Of a stretch of 64,000 nt of DNA, positions 41,290-49,382 are shown piece by piece. Origin of the DNA: an uncultured Pseudomonadota bacterium (GTDB lineage Bacteria > Oederibacteriota > Muellerivitia > Muellerivitales > Muellerivitaceae); assembly GCA_963770835.1 (NCBI GenBank), contig CAVYRH010000005.1, positions 192,001-256,000 of the forward strand, read 5' to 3'. The notes under the pieces are model-generated. The model was not told the origin of the DNA. It did no database searches and was given only the letters and a program-made list of their open reading frames with translations. Both the position numbers and the translations under genes were made by a program. The number at the start of each line of letters is the position of its first letter. Positions within the stretch are counted from its first letter, which is position 1.

Positions 41290-42405
41290 CTACAACTTCG
41301 CTTCTTGGCTGGTGCCCGCCCGTGTCATATCCGTGTCAAACTGCCGCTCAACCTGCTTCAGCGCGTTCACCCGGTCTTTCCGGTCAATCCGGTTATACCG
41401 TTTGAACATCGCGTAGGTCTTATGGCCCGATATGGACATGATGACCGAATCGCTTACCCCCGCTTTTCTAAGATTCGTAACCGCGCAATGCCTGAGATCG
41501 TGGAACTTGAAATTTCCGATCCCTACCATGCGGCACGCCCTCAAAAAAGCTGTCTTGACGCTCCGGATGCGCTTTCCCCTATGGGTGAAGATATAAGGGC
41601 TTCCCAGGGTCTTAGGCGTCCGTTTCAAGAGGTCTAACAAGCCCTCCGTCAACGGGACTTCCCGTTTCTCCTGGGTCTTGGTGTCCGCGGCTTCCAGGTT
41701 GACCACCTTGTTTTGGAAGTCCACCTGATCCCAACGCAACCCCAAAATTTCCCCTTTCCTCATGCCGGTCCAATAAGCCAATTGGACTATGACACTTAGG
41801 CGGGGGGCGCAATGGGGCAAAAGCGCCTCGTATTCCTCCGGCGTCAAGGTGCGGTCGCGGGATTCTTCCCGGAAAGGCCTTACCCTCTGGATCGGGTTTT
41901 TCTCAACCAAGTCGTTGAGGACCGCCCGATTCACGATTGACTTGAGAGTCCCAAGGTCCCGGTTGAGGGTGCAGTTAGTCAGCACCTTCCCGCTACGGCC
42001 TTGATTCGTGGATTGGTTTCCAGCCTTCCTCCGTTGGGTTAAAAAGCCCTCAACTATGTCCGGCGTTAAGCTCCTCAAAGGCCTGCTACCAAAATAAGCC
42101 TTGAGCCGCTCGACTATCTGAGAATCGTTCTTGTGGCTTTTCCTTCTTGCTTCGGAATAGGCCAGGAACGAATCCGCCGCCTCGTTGAAGGTGACCTCCG
42201 GTTTTTCCACAGCCAGAAACTTTCCTGCCACAATTTCTTGCGTGTGTTGGGCTAGTATCTTCTTGGCCTGGGTTACCGGTATTTCTCCCAATCGGACCCG
42301 CTTGCGTTTCCTCAATCCTCCTTCCTGGATGAAATAATCCAAAAAATACCCTTTTTCATCCTTGCGGAGAAATTGGGGCAATCCATGAACATTAGGTCTA
42401 CTCAT
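41290..42405 (-). CDS. Tyrosine recombinase/integrase
   Basis: TGMRKGE, HDLRH, SGH, KRY catalytic motifs; short N-terminal arm-binding-like domain. Confidence 0.97.
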   Translation of the reverse strand: MSRPNVHGLPQFLRKDEKGYFLDYFIQEGGLRKRKRVRLGEIPVTQAKKILAQHTQEIVAGKFLAVEKPEVTFNEAADSFLAYSEARRKSHKNDSQIVERLKAYFGSRPLRSLTPDIVEGFLTQRRKAGNQSTNQGRSGKVLTNCTLNRDLGTLKSIVNRAVLNDLVEKNPIQRVRPFREESRDRTLTPEEYEALLPHCAPRLSVIVQLAYWTGMRKGEILGLRWDQVDFQNKVVNLEAADTKTQEKREVPLTEGLLDLLKRTPKTLGSPYIFTHRGKRIRSVKTAFLRACRMVGIGNFKFHDLRHCAVTNLRKAGVSDSVIMSISGHKTYAMFKRYNRIDRKDRVNALKQVERQFDTDMTRAGTSQEAKL

Positions 42406-42589
42406 TTGTCCCTCCTAATGTCCCCAGCAATTTGAATACTACCAGGGACTAAGATTTTTTCAAAAGAACTTTCAACGAGAGTTACGAAAAACTCGAAAAG
42501 TTCAATACCGTACTCGAAGCATTGAAAGCGTGGTTTTTTGCTGTTTGTTTTGATTTTTGTTTGGATGAAAGAAGTAGTCGTAAATATTT

Positions 42590-42714
42590 CCGCAATATGG
42601 GCGGCATACCGAACCAAGAGGGCAGACCCCACTACCGATTTCCTGGATAAGAACTTGATCCAGGGGGAGTGGGGTCTGCCGTCGCAGGTGAGCAATCCGC
42701 CGCCCATATTGCGG
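42590..42714 (+). ncRNA. Conserved long stem-loop A (structured RNA or ssDNA hairpin), element 1
   Basis: 16-bp and 13-bp perfect stems; compensatory changes relative to the copy at 50671-50795. Confidence 0.65.
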
Positions 42715-43060
42715 TTTTTTCTTGGAAAAGGATGTGAGTCTGAGTCAAGTTCCGCTTTAACCTGTTTTAAGTTCCGTTTAAAGTCGGTTGAGGTTCTCTT
42801 TGGAGAAGTTTGAAAAATGGATTGGCTGTGGTCGAAGCCTTGGGTGATTTTGCCTTCGGCCTTTTTCCTATTTGAACGTTCTAGCAGGGAAGGGTCACAA
42901 ATTGGCAAGGCGAGATCTTCGGCCCGTCTATCGGCCTTTAAATGCAAAAGCTCAAATTCAAGGTTCTCGATCATGACTAACATCCCGTAATGAGATCGAC
43001 TTCTTGAATTATCTTGAGAGCCCGTGATTATCTTTTCAATGTATTTTATTTTCGACTGTC

Positions 43061-43110
43061 ACTAACCGCCACTAGCCGTTCTTTACCATGCTTTACCATG
43101 GATTACCGTC
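43061..43110. repeat. Five 10-bp-phased degenerate repeats
   Basis: actaaccgcc/actagccgtt/ctttaccatg/ctttaccatg/gattaccgtc; related arrays at 45531-45580, 51149-51198, 54155-54204. Confidence 0.8.
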
Positions 43111-43198
43111 ACAAGATTTTTTTAGTGTCGAAAGGGGAATCGAGGCGATCAATCGGCGGTTTGGGTGGTTTAAAAACACTCGTGAAATCATTTAAGCA

Positions 43199-43345
43199 AG
43201 AATTGATAAGGGTTTGGATGATGTTCCATGGAAGTGAAACTTCCGCGCCATGGAAGTGAAATGTCCTACAGTAGGACATGGAAAGCCAATGTTTTTGATT
43301 ATTTTGGGTGGGTTTTTCCATTCTCCGATGGCGAACCCCCCTATC
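43199..43345. repeat. 147-bp block identical to 51287-51433
   Basis: Base-by-base comparison by eye; contains two CCATGGAAGTGAAA copies and the palindrome ATGTCCTAC-A-GTAGGACAT. Confidence 0.9.
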
Positions 43346-43404
43346 TGCGCATCAAGGTTAGATGCGAGAAACGATAGGGGGGTTCGCCCTCTCCGAATGG
43401 AAAA
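43314..43404. other. Conserved long stem-loop B, element 1
   Basis: TTTTCCATTC/GAATGGAAAA, GGCGAACCCCCCTATC/GATAGGGGGGTTCGCC, CGCATC/GATGCG. Confidence 0.75.
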
Positions 43405-43707
43405 CTCTGATTGCAATCTGTCAAAGGTAACTGATGATGAAACTGATTAAAAATTAAGATGAAGACCAAAAGACAAGCTGTGGTAGGGGTCAGAAGTGCA
43501 GGGGTGGAATGTAAGTGGTAATGAAAATTGGCGGGGTGGTGATAAAAAAAGCGGGTTATAAGTTTAGGGGTGCGAGTCTTTTGGTGGTTGGGTTAACTGG
43601 GTATTGCTTGTTTAAAATGCTGTAGTAAAATCCACCTTAGAAGCCCGGTTTTGGTTTAAGGTCTTGTTTCCGGGTTGAATCGGCTATAATAATTTTTGAG
43701 GTATTAA

Positions 43708-43943
<236 letters not shown>

Positions 43944-43944
<1 letters not shown>

Positions 43945-44297
43945 TGAAGTTCAAAATCGATGAAAACCTTCCCTCTGAAATCAAACGCCTTTTAATTCAA
44001 GCTGGTCATGATGCCCTTACAGTTAAAGACCAAGATTTAACCGGCCAATCCGATGCAAATTTAGCCGTTGTTTGTTTGGGAGAAAGCCGGGTATTCATAA
44101 CTGCCGATCTGGATTTTTCTGATATTCGGGCTTACCCACCGGAGAAGTATCCTGGAATAATGGTTATCCGGTCTGACCGCCAGGACAAACCAACGATGGT
44201 TGAATTGTTTCGTCCCGTGTTGGATTTATTGACAAAAGAACAGATAAACCAGAGGTTGTGGATCATTGAGCAAGATCGGGTAAGAGTACGGGAATAA
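43944..44297 (+). CDS. DUF5615 PIN-like toxin
   Basis: MKFKIDENLP...GHD...RVFITADLDF; overlaps the DUF433 stop codon. Confidence 0.9.
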
Positions 44298-44314
44298 GTC
44301 TTCGATACCGAAAG

Positions 44315-45454
44315 TTGGAGGGTGCATTGTCTTCAATGAGAAGCCACTTGATGTTAAAAAAGTCCTTTTATAATGCCATTCTTTTTTTAATAACTCTTTT
44401 ATGTTGTTCTTTTGGATCATTTTCTCAAGCCCTTCCGACTGATGTTGTTATGGGTAATCCAATCAAAGGTGTTGAACTTGGAAAAATTGATGAAGCTTCA
44501 GGAACTTTTATTTTTCGTTCAAAGAAATACGATGGTTTTGTAGATATTGTTAGAAAAAATATGCCTGATGGTGCTGAATTTGGCGAACCCACAAAACGGG
44601 GCGCAAAAGAAAATCACTTAGGTTGGATACCGATTTATTTGGCGGATTTGGCGGGAAACGGGAAAAAGGAAATTTTTCTAATGGCCCCGGACAAAGAATC
44701 TGGTCAAAGAATGTTAATGGTTTTTGATGAAGATGGAAAATTGCTTGATCAACTTCCTTTTGAGAGTATTTGGCCATCATACATGGATTTCGGGTTGATA
44801 AAAAAAGGCGGGCCTATTTGTTTCGGCCTCCATTGGTGCGCGTTGGCGGCTGGGTCTTGTGAAGCGGAATTTTATGTTTTTTGCAATGAAAAAATAAAAC
44901 CAGCCTTAAAGGGTGGAGATATAAGCGAAGATGGGAATTTTACCACGCCAGAATTTAATGATATTAATTACGATGCCATTAAAAGGGGCGATGCTGGAAA
45001 CCCTACTCCATTTGTCCGGAATTACAAATGGCTTAATCCTAATGTAGAAACTTGGAAACATTTGAAAAAAGGTAAGGAGTATTACCACGCGCAAGATTAC
45101 AGAAATGCTATCCAGGAATATATGGCGGCGACTTCGTGCGATGACAAAAACTATGAGGCGTGGGGTTTGATGGGTTATTCTTATTTACGACAAAAGGGTG
45201 CTGCTTATGCTTATGAAGCGTCGCAAGCCCTACAAACCTCAGTTCGAATTAAACCGGATTATTTAATGGGCCATTACAATTTAGCCATCGCTTATTGGGC
45301 ATGGAATCAACCGATATTGGCTGTCAGAGAGGTTGCGAAAGTCGTTCAATTAGATCCAAAGTATCAAGAAGTCATAAACAAAGATCCACAATTTATCCAA
45401 ATCTTGAAATCGGATGTTTACCAGACTTGGAAGAAAACTAATGTTTTACCTTGA
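44315..45454 (+). CDS. Secreted TPR-containing cargo protein (start may be 44327 or 44336)
   Basis: Signal-peptide-like N-terminus; DLAGNGKKEI loop; C-terminal TPRs. Confidence 0.8.
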   Translation: MEGALSSMRSHLMLKKSFYNAILFLITLLCCSFGSFSQALPTDVVMGNPIKGVELGKIDEASGTFIFRSKKYDGFVDIVRKNMPDGAEFGEPTKRGAKENHLGWIPIYLADLAGNGKKEIFLMAPDKESGQRMLMVFDEDGKLLDQLPFESIWPSYMDFGLIKKGGPICFGLHWCALAAGSCEAEFYVFCNEKIKPALKGGDISEDGNFTTPEFNDINYDAIKRGDAGNPTPFVRNYKWLNPNVETWKHLKKGKEYYHAQDYRNAIQEYMAATSCDDKNYEAWGLMGYSYLRQKGAAYAYEASQALQTSVRIKPDYLMGHYNLAIAYWAWNQPILAVREVAKVVQLDPKYQEVINKDPQFIQILKSDVYQTWKKTNVLP

Positions 45455-45697
45455 AGAGCCCAAAATGGGAAGCCACTGCATAAAATGCAATAGGTCGTTC
45501 AATTAAAATCGGTGTCATATACGTGTCAAACTCAGTCATGTTTTACCGTGCTTGACCATCCCTTGCCGCCGTTGACCGCCACTTCAAAAAAAAGCCCTTG
45601 CCCTCGCTGGTTATAAAACCGTTGAAGACAAAGGCCTTTAAAAATCTGCTGGGGACTGTGAAATTTTAAAACTACTCGAAACAACTTATCGAATTAA

Positions 45698-45742
45698 CTT
45701 CTAAGCAGTGGGTCACCGGTTCGACTCCGGTCAGGCGCACCA
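45698..45742 (+). repeat. attR of element 1: displaced 3' half of tRNA-Arg
   Basis: CTTCTAAGCAGTGGGTCACCGGTTCGACTCCGGTCAGGCGCACCA with no 5' half upstream. Confidence 0.92.
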
Positions 45743-46001
45743 TTTTTTCTTAACAAATGGTAATAATGGAATGGGAGTCGTGAATTTGAAGAGCCGATTG
45801 ATGTAATTGTGTTTTTGTGTAAGCCCTTTCAGCCTTGGAAGAAATTTTCCCAGTCATTCCCGGCAAAACCAAATAAACCTTTACATTTTTCAAGGGGACT
45901 TTTACACTTTTAGGGCTTTTCACCCGAAATCCGGTTGATTTGATTTGGATTGGGGGTTGAAAAGGAAGCCCCTGAGACGACCTCGCGGTGCGGAAGTACA
46001 T

Positions 46002-46079
46002 GGTGGGAGTAGCTCAATTGGTTAGAGCACCAGATTGTGGATCTGGGGGTTGCGGGTTCGATTCCCGTCTCTCACCCCA
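46002..46079 (+). tRNA. tRNA-His(GUG)
   Basis: G-1 encoded; CCAGA-TTGTGGA-TCTGG; ends CACCCCA. Confidence 0.96.
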
Positions 46080-46221
46080 TTCGTCATTATTCGGAAGATG
46101 AATAAGAGGAATGGGGTCGTGTGCCTTCTATGAAACTTTGAATAGAAAACGACACGCCCCATTTGACGTGGCGATCGCCGAGTTTGGATCGTCCCTGGAT
46201 GGCTTGGGAGTGATGGCGGAT

Positions 46222-46298
46222 GCGCCTGTAGCTCAGTTGGATAGAGCGACAGATTCCGGATCTGTAGGTCAGAGGTTCGAGCCCTCTCAGGCGTACCA
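46222..46298 (+). tRNA. tRNA-Arg(CCG)
   Basis: ACAGA-TTCCGGA-TCTGT; CCA encoded. Confidence 0.96.
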
Positions 46299-46309
46299 TT
46301 TAAAGGAAT

Positions 46310-46385
<76 letters not shown>

Positions 46386-46505
46386 TTTTATCTTTTAATT
46401 AAAGTTGGTTTTGATGGGAGTTATTTGCCTTCCTTAAATAATAATGTTTTGCTGGACTGGATTCATTAACCCAAGCCTTTATTCCATAAATAAAAAAGGG
46501 GAATT

Positions 46506-48845
46506 ATGCGTTACGGTTACTTCGACGTTGCGAACAAAGAATATGTCATTGAGCGGCCGGATACACCCGTGCCCTGGATGAACTATCTTCACAACGATGA
46601 ATATTGCGCCCTTATCTCCAACAACGGTGGCGGCTATAGCTTCCACCTTTCAGCCAGGGACAAGCGCATTTTAAGGTATCGGCTTAACAATATCCCAATG
46701 GACCGACCCGGCCGATATATCTATCTTCGAGACGAAAAAACCAAGGATTTTTGGTCGGCCACCTGGCAGCCGGTTTTGAAGGACCTTTCGGAATATAAAA
46801 CCGAAACCCGCCATGGGTTTGGATACACCCGCGTCACTTCCACTTATCAAGGAATCACTTCAGATACCCTTTATGTCGTTCCGGTAGAGGACAACCTGGA
46901 ACTTTGGAACATCACCCTCACCAATCGGACTTCCTCCGTTAAAAATCTCACCCTTATTTCCTATGCGGAATTGTGTCTTTTCTTCGCTCAAAACGACATG
47001 ATCAATTTTCAATACACTTACAACATTGCCAAGGCATATGAAAAGAACAACACCATCCACCATGCCACGATGATTGAAAATGCAGGCCATTATGCTTTTT
47101 TCTCGGCCGACAAGAAGTTTGAATCCTTTGATTGCGATCGGGAGGCCTTCATGGGCCTCTACCATTCGGAAGCCAACCCCAAGGCGGTTTTAGAAGGGAA
47201 ATGCTCCGGTTCCACGGCGGATGGGGGCAATCCGGTGGCTGCGACCTCCCTTTCGATAACACTTAAACCAGGCGAATCCAAGTCTGTGACTTATATTCTG
47301 GGCGTAGCCTCTTCCATCGTGGCTGGCGAAAAATTGATTTCGAAATATAAGAAGGTTGGAGCGGTCGGTAAAGTCATGTCCGACCTTCAAAAACATTGGG
47401 AAGAGAAATTAAACGCCTTTCAAGTTATTACCCCCGATAAAGACATCAACTTAAGCTTGAATCAGTGGAATGCCTACCAGGTGCATACGACTTTTAGCAT
47501 GTCACGCGGGCCCTCTATCTATGAAGGCGGCATCGGCCGTGGAATGGGTTTTAGGGATAGCAACCAAGATGTCTTAAGTGTTATTCACACCGTGCCCCAG
47601 AAGGTCAAAAAACTGATTACCGATTTAGCCAAAAACATGTTCAAAGACGGAACGGCTTATCATCAGTTCTTCCGTCTGACCGGGGAAGGGGATGGAAAGG
47701 GCTATTCCGATGATCCCCTCTGGATCATTCTTTCCACGACTGCCTACGTTAAAGAAACAGGGGACTTGAAGTTCTTGGGTGAAAAAGTGAAATGGGCGGA
47801 CGGAGGTTCGGCCAGCATGTATGATCACCTCAAGGCGCCTCTGGATTATACCTATAAGAATGTTGGTACTCACCGAATCCCATTGATGGGTTTTGCCGAT
47901 TGGAATGATACCCTTCATATTAATGGTCCCAAGCCGGGTGAAAGCGTTTGGGTGGCCCAATTTTTGGTCAAGTGTGCGAGGGATTTTGCAGAACTGGCCG
48001 AAACCCTCGGTAATGCCTCCGACGCCAAGAAGTATCGTCGAATGGCGGAGGATATGTCGGCCCGCGTGAATAAGGTCTGCTGGGACGGTAAATGGTACGC
48101 CATGGCTTTTGATGGATGGGGAACCATGTTGGGGTCGGACAAACAACCTGAAGGAAAGGTCTATTTGAATACCCAAACCTGGGCTGTTCTTTCAGGAGTT
48201 GCGGATTCCAAGCGAGGCCCTGTTTGCATGGATGCGGTTAAAGAATATTTGGATTCCAAGTACGGTGTGGCCCTGATGTATCCGGGGTTCAAACACTTCA
48301 GCCCGCGACTTGGTGGCGTCAGTACCTTCCCGCCGGGGCTTAAAGAAAACGGTGGTATTTTTTCTCACGCAAATCCTTGGGCCGTAATTGCCGAAACCCG
48401 CTTAGGCCGGGTCGAAAACGCCATGAAATATTATCGTCAGCTTTTGCCGTCGACCAAAGACCAGATTCAAGATGTCCACAGGGCCGAACCCTACGTTTAT
48501 GCCCAAGCCATCGCCTCGCGGGAACACCGTGATTTTGGCTTTGCGCGTAATTCCTGGTTAACAGGCGCCGCCACCTGGAACTTCGTTGCGGGCACCCAAT
48601 ATATACTGGGAATCCGTCCGACCTACTCTGGGTTGATGGTGGATCCGTGCATCCCCAAGGATTGGGGTAAGTTCACAGTCACCCGTAGGTTCCGCGGTTC
48701 AACCTACCATATCGCCGTTAAAAACCCTCGGCATGTTAGCAAGGGTGTATCATCCCTAAGTGTGAATGGTAAGAAGATTACTGGGAACATCATTCCTGCT
48801 CAACGCTCACCGAAAACGATCGAAGTCGAGGTGGTTCTAGGTTAG
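46506..48845 (+). CDS. GH94 glycoside phosphorylase (cellobiose/chitobiose phosphorylase-like)
   Basis: MRYGYFD..EYVI.RPDTP.PW.NYL, GMGFRDSNQD, ADWND, KENGGIFSH, SWLTG. Confidence 0.95.
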   Translation: MRYGYFDVANKEYVIERPDTPVPWMNYLHNDEYCALISNNGGGYSFHLSARDKRILRYRLNNIPMDRPGRYIYLRDEKTKDFWSATWQPVLKDLSEYKTETRHGFGYTRVTSTYQGITSDTLYVVPVEDNLELWNITLTNRTSSVKNLTLISYAELCLFFAQNDMINFQYTYNIAKAYEKNNTIHHATMIENAGHYAFFSADKKFESFDCDREAFMGLYHSEANPKAVLEGKCSGSTADGGNPVAATSLSITLKPGESKSVTYILGVASSIVAGEKLISKYKKVGAVGKVMSDLQKHWEEKLNAFQVITPDKDINLSLNQWNAYQVHTTFSMSRGPSIYEGGIGRGMGFRDSNQDVLSVIHTVPQKVKKLITDLAKNMFKDGTAYHQFFRLTGEGDGKGYSDDPLWIILSTTAYVKETGDLKFLGEKVKWADGGSASMYDHLKAPLDYTYKNVGTHRIPLMGFADWNDTLHINGPKPGESVWVAQFLVKCARDFAELAETLGNASDAKKYRRMAEDMSARVNKVCWDGKWYAMAFDGWGTMLGSDKQPEGKVYLNTQTWAVLSGVADSKRGPVCMDAVKEYLDSKYGVALMYPGFKHFSPRLGGVSTFPPGLKENGGIFSHANPWAVIAETRLGRVENAMKYYRQLLPSTKDQIQDVHRAEPYVYAQAIASREHRDFGFARNSWLTGAATWNFVAGTQYILGIRPTYSGLMVDPCIPKDWGKFTVTRRFRGSTYHIAVKNPRHVSKGVSSLSVNGKKITGNIIPAQRSPKTIEVEVVLG

Positions 48846-48930
48846 GGGGCTTGGTTGACAGCCCCCAGTACCCGTGATATAAAAACCAGGGTAACGTGTT
48901 TGAGGAGCGGAGGGAAAGAAGGAGCCACTC

Positions 48931-49212
48931 TTGGTAGGGATCATGACGCTCAAGGTCGCCGCAAAAAGTAATCCCTCCACCGTAGCTGGGGCTATTGCGA
49001 ACAACGTCCGGGACGGCAAAAGTGTGGAGATCGTAGCCATGGGCCCCGAAAGCATCAATAACACGGTCAAAGCCATCGCCATCGCTCGGGGGTTTTTGAA
49101 AGGCGACGGGATGGACGCCAACTTCAAGCCGGAATTCATTCATTTGATGATTGATGGCGAAAAGAAAAGCGCCATCAAATTTTTTTTAAATATCGAAAAA
49201 AATTCAAAGTAA
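48931..49212 (+). CDS. spoVS: SpoVS-family protein
   Basis: LKVAAKSNP..VAGAIA...N..VKAIAIARGFL; AAGGAG RBS before TTG; TTGACA-17-TATAAA at 48855-48883. Confidence 0.9.
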   Translation: MVGIMTLKVAAKSNPSTVAGAIANNVRDGKSVEIVAMGPESINNTVKAIAIARGFLKGDGMDANFKPEFIHLMIDGEKKSAIKFFLNIEKNSK

Positions 49213-49237
49213 GTCCACGGTTTTTAAAGATGATTTC

Positions 49238-49276
49238 AAACCCTAGCCGTTTTAAACGAGCTAGGGTTTCTTTTTT
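49238..49276 (+). terminator. Intrinsic terminator after spoVS
   Basis: AAACCCTAGC...GCTAGGGTTT followed by a T run. Confidence 0.75.
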
Positions 49277-49290
49277 ATGCAGAGAAAATC

Positions 49291-49367
49291 GGGCGAATAG
49301 CTCAGCTGGTTAGAGCACCTGCTTTACACGCAGGGGGTCACAGGTTCAAATCCTGTTTCGCCCACCA
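49291..49367 (+). tRNA. tRNA-Val(UAC); attL of element 2
   Basis: GGGCGAATAGCTCAG...CCTGC-TTTACAC-GCAGG...TTCGCCCACCA. Confidence 0.96.
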
Positions 49368-49382
49368 TACTTTTCAACACTT

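Noticed and set aside
43222..43236. parS site (TGTTCCATGGAAG)
   Set aside because: It is 2 bp shorter than the 16-bp TGTTNCACGTGAAACA consensus and is asymmetric.
43061..43279. CRISPR or mini-array
   Set aside because: Repeats are 10-14 bp with no spacer-length unique sequences, and no cas genes are present.
43109..43321. 70-aa minus-strand ORF (MEKPTQNN...) present in both elements as a possible excisionase
   Set aside because: No HTH pattern. Its 5' part lies in the invariant block, and the few differences in the 3' part change six amino acids, which fits a cis-element better than a protein under selection. The same applies to the overlapping + strand ORFs 43014-43259 and 43250-43450.
42590..43404. 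Bridge-RNA-like or guide-RNA-like targeting of the integrase
   Set aside because: Internal-loop sequences are nearly the same in both elements although the target loops differ, and I found no match to attB or attP. The enzyme is a tyrosine recombinase, not an IS110-family enzyme.
43314..43450. Retron msr/msd or hammerhead ribozyme (CTGATGA..GAAA at 43431)
   Set aside because: No reverse transcriptase in the window. CTGATGA is not conserved in element 2 (GGATGA) and the flanking hammerhead stems are missing.
45698..45742. Additional tRNA genes here and at 54333-54377
   Set aside because: Only 3' halves with no D-arm or 5' acceptor strand; these are attR sites.
48931..49212. spoVS as evidence of sporulation
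   Set aside because: SpoVS homologs occur widely in non-sporulating bacteria, and no other sporulation gene is present.
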